Source of the DNA: Eledone cirrhosa
Lineage: Eukaryota
Direction: 5' to 3'
DNA: 64,000 bases
Assembly: GCA_964016885.1 (NCBI GenBank)
Contig: OZ024742.1
Location: 194,742,001 to 194,806,000, forward strand
Positions 44,968 through 57,103 of this stretch are shown one piece after another (within the stretch, counting starts at the first letter, position 1; each line of letters opens with the position of its first letter). The position numbers and the translations under genes were made by a program. The notes under the pieces are model-generated. The model was given only the letters and a program-made list of their open reading frames with translations. It was not told the DNA's origin and did no database searches.

Positions 44968-44968
44968 C

Positions 44969-45093
<125 letters not shown>

Positions 45094-45095
45094 TA

Positions 45096-45771
45096 TACAA
45101 ATAGTTAAAACAATGAAATTAAACAAAAAACGGTTAATTCATAGTAAAACTCATTATTTTACGATCGTTTCTGTGGGGTAGTTCCCCGTGTGTCCATTCT
45201 ATTATTGATGTAAAATATATTACAAAATATCATAGTAAGAAAATATACATACGTCTTCACTACCCGCCGTCCTCAGAAATAATGGGTTTTGTTTATTGAA
45301 GAATACAAAAAAACACATATGTGAATAAGTAACGTTTTATAAACTAGGTTGAAGTTGACCAATAGTAAGAATAGGAAGGGGCAATATAGATCCTTAAGTT
45401 GGTAGTAGTAGATGAATAAATAAGCAGTCAGGGGATGAGGTATCAAATGACTTTTAAGAAACGAAAGGAAGAATTTAGACATATTGTATATAAAAGTGTT
45501 GATGGTCAAAGAAGATTACAGTTGGAGGAAAAAGGAGTGCAGAAACGAGTGTGTTACAACAAGTAGAATAGTATAGAACAATCCTAAATATTTGTTATTT
45601 CTTTGTTGAGGGGAATAAATCGTTCTAAAAAAATATTGTTCTAAAAGAATAGAATAAGTAGAGGAATATAAATGGAACCAAAGGGAAGTAAAATTTAGAT
45701 GAAAAATAGATAAAATACTATATAGGTAAGAGAATCCTAAAGCTTGCGTAAGTATTTTATTGCACACACAC

Positions 45772-45828
<57 letters not shown>

Positions 45829-48515
45829 TACATACACGTACATACACACACACATATTATCTACACACACACACATATACATACACACATGTATATATAG
45901 AAGCACACACTTATGTATACACATACATATATATATATACATATACACCCACACACCCACACACACATTTTCTCCTATATCATTTTCTATGTTTGTTTAG
46001 TTGTATTTATAATATTTGAATGTCCTTCTAATTTTATGGTTACATGCTATAATTAATTCTTGTCTTTTATTTAATAGAGTGTCCTTCGATTTAGTAATTT
46101 AAAAAATTTCTTGGGAACATAGTACACATCCCTTCTATTGCCCTGATAAGAAAAGGCTCTCTTGAGAATCTTCCAAGTTAGGTTATAATTAATATTCTTC
46201 TTTTTACAATCATTAACAGCTTCTGCTAAAGAAGTGGTCTTAGCTAATTTTGTGTTTCGGAAACTGTGGGCGTGTGCATAAAATCTCGATTTAAATGGAT
46301 TAGAAGTGGATCCAATATAAGATTGATTAGTGGTGATTATACATTTATATACTATACTATTAATAAAGCAATTTCCATTTAAGGGGCAATTATCTTTTAC
46401 TCTACAATTACATGTACTATCCATATTCCCAATAATAGTGCTAGTATTTGTATTTACCTTTTTATATGGGAGAGAAGGGTTTACGGTTTGGTGATCACGG
46501 CCCGAAGGGTTGTTAGTTGGTGAAATTATACTGGATATAACGTTTATAGAATCATGGTTGTTTTGGAAGTTATTGGTTAGATTGGGTATGTAATTCTTAG
46601 TCCCTATTAAGGATGAGGAAGATGGTAGTTGGTTGTAGGCTGATGTATTGTGTTGGTGAGGTGAGTGGATGTAACTGGGGGATAGGTAATAATATTCTGG
46701 TTATGGCTGTAGTATTATTATAGTTAGTTTGTGTGTAGTGTGCTAGGGGTATACATGGAGATTTTTTACATTATAGATGTTACATGCACTTATTTTTTGT
46801 TGTATATTGCTCAATGTGGAGTAAGAAAATGTTACTGTATATCTGTTTAAGATTTGATGGTATTTATTTATGGTTAGGTGGGAAATTGTTATCAAAAATT
46901 GTAAAAAATGTTTAGGGATTTGGCCCATAGTTTGCAAGTTAAATGGAGCGTTATACCATGTTACGTTTCTTTTATGGTTTCTTAATAAAGAAAGCATTAT
47001 ATTGGGTATGTATAGAAGTATGAGGGTAGATTTTGTTATCAGATGATACTATAATATTGTTATTGTTATTAAGGGTGTGAACTAATTGTCTAGTAGAATT
47101 TTGAATTGTATTAGTTTTTAATTTATTGCTTTTTGTTTGATTTATAGAGGATATTGTGAGTTTCATTAATGGAGCCTAATTGATAGGACCTGGAATGTTG
47201 GTACTATTCTTGTTATTTACAGTAGTTCGGATATGTTTCTCTGATTTTTTGGATTGTAAGGATGCAGTTTGGTTAGGTTGAGGGATCAATGAAATAGGTA
47301 ATATATCATTAGGTTTGTTGTCAGAATTAAGATATAAGATGTTATTATTAACTGCTTTTTAAGATTAGTGGAGTTAGGTGTTTTCGTATGGTGAGTAGTA
47401 ATATTATTAGGTAGGTTATAGAAATATTCAGAAGCGTTAGGTTTGATGATTTTTAGAGAGTTTGTGTCATTCGTGTTAATGCGGGTATTAGGAGTTATGG
47501 TAGGATCCAGGTTTTTCGGTGCTTCATTGGTGGCACTAACTCTTTGGTGTTTTTTATGGTGTTTGTTAATTATGCTTGATTGTATGCTGGAGGTCATCAT
47601 CGTATTAGGCATGTAAAATATTTTAACCTTGTAGCCACTTCTAGGTAAAGCCTCATTAAAATAAGGTTCATTTTTATAGAATATTTCTTCATTAGATGAT
47701 AATTTAGATAATCTGAGTGAGATATTGTACACTAGTTTTTTAGTATGGAACTATATAGTATTTTATCTCTTTTTCATCTAAATTTTACTTCCCTTTGGTT
47801 CCATTTATATTCCTCTACTTATTCTATTTTTTTAGAACAATATTTTTTTTTAGAACAATTTATTCCCCTCAACAAAGAAATAACAAATATTTAGGATTGT
47901 TCTATATTATTCTACTTGTTGTAACACACTCGTTTCTGCACCCCTTTTCCTCCAACTGTAATCTTCTTTGACCATCAACACTTTTATATACAATATGTCT
48001 AAATTCTTCCTTTCGTTTCTTAAAAGTCATTTGATACCTCATCCCCTAACTGCTTATTTATTCACCTACTACTACCAACTTAAGGATCTATATTGCCCCT
48101 TCCTATTCTTACTATTGGTGAACTTCAACCTGGTTTATAAAACGTTACTTATTCATATATGTGGTTTTTTTGTATTCTTCAATAAACAAAACTCATTATT
48201 TCTGAAGACGGCGGGTAGTGAAGACGTATGTATATTTTCTTACTATGATATTTAGTAATATATTTTACATAGATCAATAATAGAATGGACATACGGGGAA
48301 CTACCCCCCAGAAACGATCGTAAAATAATGAGTTTTACTGAGAATTAACCGTTTTTTGTTTAATTTCATTGTTTTCAGTATTTGTAGTTTTGACTCTGTA
48401 TCCAATGAATTATATCGTTGAAAATTTTGTATTTTAAACTTTGCTTCACGACATCTTCTACATACGGATTACATTGAGTTATTCATACGGCTTAGACCCG
48501 AATTGGTAGATTTAA

Positions 48516-48520
<5 letters not shown>
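45096..48520 (-). mobile_element. Penelope-like element relic bounded by ~630-bp inverted pLTRs (45096-45725 / 47751-48386)
   Basis: NISLRLSKLSSNEEIF...FNEAL.RSGY (RT thumb), VTWYNAPFN, CNCRVKDNCPLNGNC...IVYKC...YIGSTSNPFKSRFYAHAHSF (GIY-YIG, 46071-46424). Confidence 0.9.
48189..48335 (+). ncRNA. Type I hammerhead with 13-bp stem I and large stem II (mirror copy on - at 45149-45284)
   Basis: aaactcattattt-CTGAAGA-cggcgggtagt...actacccccca-GAAA-cgatcg-TA-aaataatgagttt; stem III palindrome ACGATCGT. Confidence 0.85.
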
Positions 48521-48605
<85 letters not shown>

Positions 48606-48789
48606 ATATTTATATATATACATATGAACACATATATATATATATACACACACAGAAACAGTTATATATAATAATCATACATGATATATATATATATGAT
48701 CAAAAAACGTTTCGTTAACATGTCTTTATGTTTTTATTGTGACCAAATTGAATTTTATTATATATATATCTATATATATATATATATTT

Positions 48790-49595
48790 ATAATATTATA
48801 TTATATTCAGAGTTATAAACTCAAACAGTCCTTTACAATTAATTAGCTCAAAGAAAGAAGCATTTCTGAGCCGAGAAATACAAGTTAATATAAATTAATA
48901 TATGATAAACACGAAAGTGTTTGTATTGCAAAAGACGAAGTTAGCTAGAATGAATTAAACTAATTCAAATAAAATATGTTATTTCAATTAGTTTATTTCA
49001 TTCTAGCTAACTTCGTCTTTTGCAATACAAACACTTTCGTGTTTATCATATATTAATTTATATTAACTTGTATTTCTCGGCTCAGAAATGCTTCTTTCTT
49101 TGAGCTAATTAATTGTAAAGGACTGTTTGAGTTTATAACTCTGAATATAATATAATATTACGGCTCCTTTCTGTTGAGCTAATTTTTCAATCCCATATAA
49201 ACGGCTGTTATTTCTAGCGCCATAAATATGAGATAGCTAGTGAGCTGGAAAACCTCGTGCGTTTGCGCTAGTGAACCAGACCTTCTAAATTATTTAGAGG
49301 TGAAACATCCTAATTTTTCTGGATACCTGTTGAGAAGCACAGAAAATTGGAATATTTCACTTGTTATACTATCATTGCGAAACTTATTTAGATTTTGAAA
49401 TTCAAATGTATCTGCGGAACAGGTTTGGATTTTGAAATTTAAATTTGTCCAGGCATCATGGCTATTTGCCAATATGGGTTTGTTTTTATTGATTTAATAT
49501 TTTATTTGAATTAGTTTATTTCATTCTAGCTAACTTCGTCTTTTGCAATACAAACACTTTCGTGTTTATCATATATTAATTTATATTAACTTGTA
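48790..49595. repeat. Near-perfect palindrome (48790-48968 / 48985-49160) plus a third partial copy (49496-49595)
   Basis: Arms are nearly identical reverse complements; flanked by (TA)n. Confidence 0.85.
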
Positions 49596-49609
49596 TATAT
49601 ATTTATATA

Positions 49610-49681
<72 letters not shown>

Positions 49682-50017
49682 GATAAAAACGCTCAAACGT
49701 TTTGATTTATACTTCATACATGAAATACTGTGATCGATTCATTCATTTTGTTTTTTCAGACATTTATATTTAAACGGTCCCGTAATTTCCTATTTATTCG
49801 TATGAATATATTTGTTACGCTTTTTCAACTAAGATACTAATATGAACTAAAATATATACGCAACGTTTTTATATCGAGAAAATATCAATTTGTGTCGATA
49901 TGTATATCCAAATCAAAGAGTGAAACAGTGCATTGTATAAATATATTTTACATTCATATGTACAAAGCAAAAAGATATAAACAAGGCCATTAATTTTCAA
50001 CAATAGTTATGTAGAAA

Positions 50018-50092
<75 letters not shown>

Positions 50093-50094
50093 TG

Positions 50095-50143
<49 letters not shown>

Positions 50144-50493
50144 TATTATATGTATGTATATATATATGTATATGTATATTTATGTATATATATGTATATA
50201 TATGTATATGTATATTTATGTATATGTATGTCTCTCTCTATATATATATGTATATCTATATAAGTATATATTTGTATATATATATATATGTGTATGTGTG
50301 TGTGTGTGTGTCAGTGTGTTATAATTGGGGAATATTTGGGGGTTAAAATCTCATAGTACTTAATAGATTTAAATATTAAATGAAAGAACCCTCAATACAT
50401 GTCTGTAAAGTGTATATTTATAAGTGCCACTGACTTCATACATACATACATACATGCATACATACATGCATGCATGCATGCATGCATGCATAC

Positions 50494-51103
50494 ATGGTGG
50501 CTGCCAACTCGTTTTCGAGTACGGCCACTACTTTATATCCATGTAGGAGGACCCCTACCGATGCGCTGAACGAGTGTGACTTTTCAGTCCGGCCAGCGAC
50601 TTGAAAACCCCGGTACAAACACTACACATGTGACCATTATTGACACATAGTGCTGGGCCCATGGTACCATGTGAGGACAAGTGCAGAGAGATCTCCAGAT
50701 ATAAAGCAATGCCTGTGCCGTGAAGTTTTTATAGTGAGCAAAGGCACTGCACAAAGCCAGTCCCACTCTCTTAACCAAGATGATATTTACCAAAAAGAAG
50801 AACAAGTCAACATCATTGGATATCATCAGGGTTGCAGGTGTGATATCAGAGTTTTCCTTCTCCTAGAATTCTGCCTTGACAAAGGCTAAGGGGTCATCTT
50901 TCCCGGTGATTTTGGATGGCCATTGACTCTTAAGAGCTCCTTTGCCCTTTGACAGGTTTTGTTTTTAGTCCTGCAGGATGTCCAAAGTCACCCTCCTCAC
51001 CAAGAAACCTTGGTGGGGTTGCCAGTTTAGTCGCCAACGTCCCGACCATGGGACAGGTTGTACTGGGATACATGTTACCAGTAGCACCAACTGGTGACCT
51101 GAC
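50494..51103 (-). mobile_element. Full-length (~610 bp) bipartite RTE-derived non-autonomous retroposon
   Basis: 5' part carries the RTE 5'UTR-type motif CTAGGAGAAGGAAAACTCTGA (50846-50866, -); 3' part carries the RTE C-terminal CxxC...SLAG..SH remnant and a (TATG)n tail; no RT. Confidence 0.8.
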
Positions 51104-51232
51104 ATAATATACATACATACATATATACATACATACACATATATATACATACATACATACACATATACATACATACATATACCCATACATACATACATAC
51201 ATATATACATACATACACATACACATACATAC

Positions 51233-52076
51233 AAAGTTGTGCATGGATACTTGAGGCGTAAAACACAGACCATAGAGGGGATAAACCACTCAAAAAGCCT
51301 GGCATGGAGTTCCGACAAGTTTATGACATCACACCTTGAGGGATATCTCTATGCAATACAGGAACAAGAACTCCCTACCAAATATCTGCTGCACGAAAGA
51401 GGAGGGCCAGCAGCTGACAATAAATGTAGGCTATGTAAAACAAAGTCGAGGATGTAAGCCACATTGTTGCCAGCTGCGAAAGAATGTCATCTCGCTACTA
51501 CCTCCCCATGAGACACGATGGGATAGCTAGAACCATCTGGAACGCACTTCGGAAAACAAAATCAACAACAAACGAGGAAGAATATATTGAGACAGATGGC
51601 ACTAAGGAATACTGGTGGAACCTGAAAATAAAAACTGCCACCAAATTAAAGCACAACCGGCCTGATATTGTAGTTTGGGACCACACATTGAAAACGTGTT
51701 CTGTTGTGGAGATCAGCTGCCCACTTGATGTAAACGTTGTCAGAAAAATACAGGAGAAGGAGGACATCTACGGACCATTGATGAGGAGTTTACAAATCCA
51801 GTATCCAAGATACACCTTTAGCTTCATACCCATCATTATTGGTGCTACGGGTTATATACCAACCCGCTTGGACCAAAGTATGACTGAACTTGGATTTGCT
51901 GACAAAAAGCGCAGCTCCCTAATTCATAGTCTACAAATGGCTGCGATAGCTGGCACCTTCAAAATTTGCAAAACATTCTTGCGATTCAAGGGATGACAAT
52001 TTCTTTTCTTTTACAACCTTGCCACCAGGAAGGTGGCCGGTCAAAAAATATACTCAAAATTAAGAGAAAGAGAAAA
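51233..52076 (+). mobile_element. 5'-truncated R4/Dong-like copy (CCHC, RLE, 3'UTR), 1-bp deletion near 51445
   Basis: Near-identical to 55888-56733; both ends in (CATA)n. Confidence 0.95.
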
Positions 52077-52099
52077 CACATATACATACATATACATAC

Positions 52100-52132
<33 letters not shown>

Positions 52133-52467
52133 CACACACATACATACATACATATATATACATACATACATATACATATACATACATACACACATACATA
52201 CATACATATACATAACATACATATACATACATATACATACATACATACATACATATACATACATGCATACATATATATACATACATATATATATACACAC
52301 ACATACATACATACATATATATACATACATACATATACATATACATACATACACACATACATACATACATATACATAACATACATATATACATACATATA
52401 CATACATACATACATACATATATACATACACACACATACACATACATACACATATACATACATATAC

Positions 52468-52500
<33 letters not shown>

Positions 52501-52580
52501 CACACACATACATACATACATATATATACATACATACATATACATATACATACATACACACATACATACATACATACATA

Positions 52581-52679
52581 AAATGGGAAGGTGGCAAGGT
52601 TGTAAAAGAAAAGAAATTGTCATCCCTTGAATCGCAAGAATGTTTTGCAAATTTTGAAGGTGCCAGCTATCGCAGCCAT
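52581..52679 (-). mobile_element. Inverted fragment of the R4-like element 3' end
   Basis: Reverse complement of ~56593-56682. Confidence 0.9.
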
Positions 52680-52712
52680 ACATACATACACACATACATA
52701 CATACATACATA

Positions 52713-55700
52713 AAATGGCGACCGTTGTGGTCAGTGTCCGATAATCGGACGTGTGTAATTACGGCTTACATGAAGGCAACATACCATATATTGGAAAAAG
52801 TTGAGCTACATTACGCGGTAAGATTACATACAATAATTCTACATAAATGTTTGAACTGTGTGTTGTAAAACACCTATTTATATGAACGATACATACACTT
52901 ATGATATATGAACGATACATACACTTTAACATATAAATGCAACGTTGTTATATTACATTTATAAAGAAATATTACATTTATATAAAACACAGTTGTAGAA
53001 TTAAAAACTAACTGAAAAGAAATATTACTCAAGCTGTGAATAACTTTAAATTTGATTCTGACAGAACTTTGTCGTAACTTTTAAAGATCATCGACTATTT
53101 TAAAAAATAAATACGAAATATTAGTGAATAGACGAACTCATCATGGCAAAAAGTACAAGTCTCCTTCGACCAAATCGCAATTACAACCGTTGTACACAGT
53201 GGACCTACGAGCTTAACAAAGTATTATATGAAGCATACAAACAATCTGAACCCCAAAAGTTCGGTTTTATGCAAAGGCTAAAAACTTTATGGAACTCCAA
53301 ACACCCAGAATTAGACTTTTCTCCAAAGCATTTAAATGAACAGGCAAAACGTATCATTAGATGTAAATTGATACATCTAACGGAATCGAGTGATACTACA
53401 AATACAGCCCTTGTAGACAACCACCCCACCTCCACTGACAGACAAAGAGAATGTCCAGCTAAATCTAACAGTGAACAGCTCACCAACAATTTTGCTGAAA
53501 TTCATCCCACTTCCACTGAAGAACAGCGAGAAAGGTCAGCTGACTCTAGTAGTAATTGTCACCACATCAACAACGAGGCTGAAATTCATGACTCTACTGA
53601 ACAAACAGAGCACCAAAAACTTGTGGGCTCCCTACAAGTGATATGGAATGATATGTTTCAAGAGATACACAGCCTTAATGTGAGTGACAGACCATACAAC
53701 ACTAGAGTCAGTAAAGAACCCACTAAATTGGAATTGGAAGCGGTGAACGAAATAGCTGGCAATTATCTGAAGGCTATACGATCTAAAGGTGTAGAAACGA
53801 CATTTGAAACGCTTAATGTTTTGTTATATGTTTCAGCTGTCACATTGCTAGCATATAACACACATCCAAAACCACGCAATCAAGATACAAACAGAAAGCC
53901 TGAACCAGCGTGGATGCGAAATTTAAAAACCAAAATTTTGTCCCTGAGACGAAGTATCTCACACATCGCAGTCGTTATGAAATGCAACATAGAGAGCAAC
54001 TTCACACAACACCAGGAAGACCTAAAGAAAAAGTTAGAGAGAAGATTTGGAGATACAAAATTTAAAACTTTGAACTCCAAATTACACCAGTTGAAACAAC
54101 AACTCACAGCTACAACAGAAAGACTAAAATATAAGTCAACAGCACATAAACGACAAGTGCTAAATAGATTGTTTGCCAGAGATCCTAAATCAGTTTATCG
54201 CAGCTTCGGTGGCAAAAGCTCAATCTCTGTAAATGACACCCCTTCAAAAGAACAGGTTGAGAGCTACTGGAGATCTGTATGGGAAACGGATGACGGATTC
54301 AACAGACAAGCTAATTGGCTAAAAGAACTGGAACAGGACTACTGCCAACATGTTCAGACAAAACAATATGACATAGATGGGTCAATACTGGAAACAGCTC
54401 TACAGAAAATGTCGAATAGGAAATCACCAGGCCCAGACCTCATTACAGGATACTGGTTGAAGAATTTCACTTTCTATCGGCAAGATCTCATACGGCTGTT
54501 TACAGAAACCATTAAGGGCACACAAGAACTGCCCAGATGGTTATCAACTGCCTCTACTCTCCTCATTCCCAAAAATAGCCAAACCACCCTTGCTAAAAAT
54601 TACCGCCCAATTGCCTGCCAAAACATCATGTATAAATTATATACTGGGTGCCTTAACCTGTTCTTACAGGATCACTGTGCTACCAACAACATCATAACAC
54701 CTGAGCAAGCTGGTGGAAAGAGGGAGGTGTGGGGTTGCATAGATCACCTACTAACTAACAAAATGATTCAGGAAAAAACAACAAAGAATCGCAGAAACAT
54801 GACTGTCGTGTGGCTGGACTATCAAAAAGCATTTGATAGTGTACCTCATGGGTGGATTGTTAAGGCTTTACAGTTAGCTAAAGTCCCACAACCATTGGTA
54901 GCTGCTGTTGAACGCCTGACCAAGAACTGGTACACCAGTTTGATCCTTAGAGGTGAGAGGGAGCAGGTTAGGACTGATAAGATACATTACCAGAAGGGCA
55001 TCTTTCAGGGTGATAGCTTGTCGGTGCTACTCTTCGTTCTCTCACTGAATCCACTATCTTACTTACTCAGGAAACAAGGTCGACAAAGAAGTGGGACCAG
55101 AAGTATCTCCCATCTTTTCTTTGTTGATGACCTGAAGTTGTATGGGCCAAATATCAATGACATCAAGAAACAATTGGACCTCATTACACAATTTTCAACC
55201 GACATCAAAATGAAATTTGGTGAGTCCAAGTGTGCATATTTGGCAGTAAAACGTGGAAGAGCTGTGCCCTCCTCTAGAAATCTAGAGATGAACGGCCTGA
55301 CAATACAACCTCTGCAGTCAGGTGACAACTACAGATATCTTGGACAGGATGAGAATGTCAGATATGATGGACCCATAAATAAGGAAAAAACCAGAACTGA
55401 ATACCTCAGAAGAGTAAAGAAAATATGGTCATCAGAACTGTCAGCATACAACAAATACATTGCCCACAATACTTATGCTGTGCCAATTCTAACGCCAACA
55501 TTTGGCCTACTGAACTGGTCATTGCAAGAACTAAGTGAGATGGATGTTAGAACTCGAAAACTTCTCAGTGTTACTGGGAACTTTAACATCAATGGTGATG
55601 TGGATAGGCTATACTTCTCACGCAAGGAAGGTGGCCGGGGTCTAAAATCAATATTAACAACATATGAGACCCGGATAGTGACACTGAAGCAACACCTTCA

Positions 55701-56733
55701 ACAGAGGAAAAAGGTTGGCAACCATCTTGCCCAGGTTTATGACCATGAAAAAAGAAATATCATTAGAATAGCGACTGATCTGGAGGAGAGATATGGAATA
55801 AAGCCCGATATAAATCTCTCACCCAGAGAAATCGGAAGATCCTATTCAATGTTCAAACAAGAAAAAAAAATTGACCAATTTACAGAAAAAGTTGCGCATG
55901 GATACTTGAGGCGTAAAACACAGACCATAGAGGGGATAAACCACTCAAAAAGCCTGGCATGGAGTTCCGACAAGTTTATGACATCACACCTTGAGGGATA
56001 TCTCTATGCAATACAGGAACAAGAACTCCCTACCAAATATCTGCTGCACAAAAGAGGAGAGCCAGCAGCTGACAATAAATGTAGGCTATGTAAAACAAAG
56101 ATCGAGGATGTAAGCCACATTGTTGCCAGCTGCGAAAGAATGTCATCTCGCTACTACCTCCCCATGAGACACGATGGGATAGCTAGAACCATCTGGAACG
56201 CACTTCGGAAAACAAAATTAACAACAAACGAGGAAGAATATATTGAGACAGATGGCACTAAGGAATACTGGTGGAACCTGAAAATAAAAACTGCCACCAG
56301 ATTAAAGCACAACCGGCCTGATATTGTAGTTTGGGACCACACATTGAAAACGTGTTCTGTTGTGGAGATCAGCTGCCCACTTGATGTAAACGTTGTCAGA
56401 AAAATACAGGAGAAGGAGGACATCTACGGACCATTGATGAGGAGTTTACAAATCCAGTATCCAAGATACACCTTTAGCTTCATACCCATCATTATTGGTG
56501 CTACGGGTTATATACCAACCCGCTTGGACCAAAGTATGACTGAACTTGGATTTGCGGACAAAAAGCGCAGCTCCCTAATTCATAGTCTACAAATGGCTGC
56601 GATAGCTGGCACCTTCAAAATTTGCAAAACATTCTTGCGATTCAAGGGATGACAATTTCTTTTCTTTTACAACCTTGCCACCAGGAAGGTGGCCGGTCAA
56701 AAAAATATACTCAAAATTAAGAGAAAGAGAAAA
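52713..56733 (+). mobile_element. Full-length R4/Dong-clade site-specific non-LTR retrotransposon inserted in (CATA)n
   Basis: 5' junction (CATA)n|aaatggcgacc, 430-bp 5'UTR, single ORF, ~80-bp 3'UTR ending aagagaaagagaaaa|cata. Confidence 0.9.
53143..56652 (+). CDS. RT plus restriction-like endonuclease polyprotein (1169 aa), R4/Dong clade
   Basis: N-terminal QWTYELN...W...HP...LNEQAKRI domain; KSPGPD, YRPIACQNIMYK, EQAGG, WLDYQKAFDSVPH, GIFQGDSLS, HLFFVDDLKLY, KFGESKC, YRYLG, GGRGL; CRLC..IEDVSHIVASC knuckle; RHD; RPDIVVWD...VVEISCP...KEDIY RLE; no stops. Confidence 0.95.
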   Translation: MAKSTSLLRPNRNYNRCTQWTYELNKVLYEAYKQSEPQKFGFMQRLKTLWNSKHPELDFSPKHLNEQAKRIIRCKLIHLTESSDTTNTALVDNHPTSTDRQRECPAKSNSEQLTNNFAEIHPTSTEEQRERSADSSSNCHHINNEAEIHDSTEQTEHQKLVGSLQVIWNDMFQEIHSLNVSDRPYNTRVSKEPTKLELEAVNEIAGNYLKAIRSKGVETTFETLNVLLYVSAVTLLAYNTHPKPRNQDTNRKPEPAWMRNLKTKILSLRRSISHIAVVMKCNIESNFTQHQEDLKKKLERRFGDTKFKTLNSKLHQLKQQLTATTERLKYKSTAHKRQVLNRLFARDPKSVYRSFGGKSSISVNDTPSKEQVESYWRSVWETDDGFNRQANWLKELEQDYCQHVQTKQYDIDGSILETALQKMSNRKSPGPDLITGYWLKNFTFYRQDLIRLFTETIKGTQELPRWLSTASTLLIPKNSQTTLAKNYRPIACQNIMYKLYTGCLNLFLQDHCATNNIITPEQAGGKREVWGCIDHLLTNKMIQEKTTKNRRNMTVVWLDYQKAFDSVPHGWIVKALQLAKVPQPLVAAVERLTKNWYTSLILRGEREQVRTDKIHYQKGIFQGDSLSVLLFVLSLNPLSYLLRKQGRQRSGTRSISHLFFVDDLKLYGPNINDIKKQLDLITQFSTDIKMKFGESKCAYLAVKRGRAVPSSRNLEMNGLTIQPLQSGDNYRYLGQDENVRYDGPINKEKTRTEYLRRVKKIWSSELSAYNKYIAHNTYAVPILTPTFGLLNWSLQELSEMDVRTRKLLSVTGNFNINGDVDRLYFSRKEGGRGLKSILTTYETRIVTLKQHLQQRKKVGNHLAQVYDHEKRNIIRIATDLEERYGIKPDINLSPREIGRSYSMFKQEKKIDQFTEKVAHGYLRRKTQTIEGINHSKSLAWSSDKFMTSHLEGYLYAIQEQELPTKYLLHKRGEPAADNKCRLCKTKIEDVSHIVASCERMSSRYYLPMRHDGIARTIWNALRKTKLTTNEEEYIETDGTKEYWWNLKIKTATRLKHNRPDIVVWDHTLKTCSVVEISCPLDVNVVRKIQEKEDIYGPLMRSLQIQYPRYTFSFIPIIIGATGYIPTRLDQSMTELGFADKKRSSLIHSLQMAAIAGTFKICKTFLRFKG

Positions 56734-56832
56734 CATATACATAACATACATATATACATACATATACATACATACATACATACATATACATACATGCATA
56801 CATATATACATATATATACACATATACATACA

Positions 56833-56894
<62 letters not shown>

Positions 56895-56918
56895 CATACA
56901 TACACACATATACATACA

Positions 56919-56950
<32 letters not shown>

Positions 56951-57057
56951 CACACATACATACATACATATATACATACATACATACATACATATACACA
57001 CATACATACACATATACATACATACATACATACATACACACATACATACATACACAC

Positions 57058-57101
<44 letters not shown>

Positions 57102-57103
<2 letters not shown>

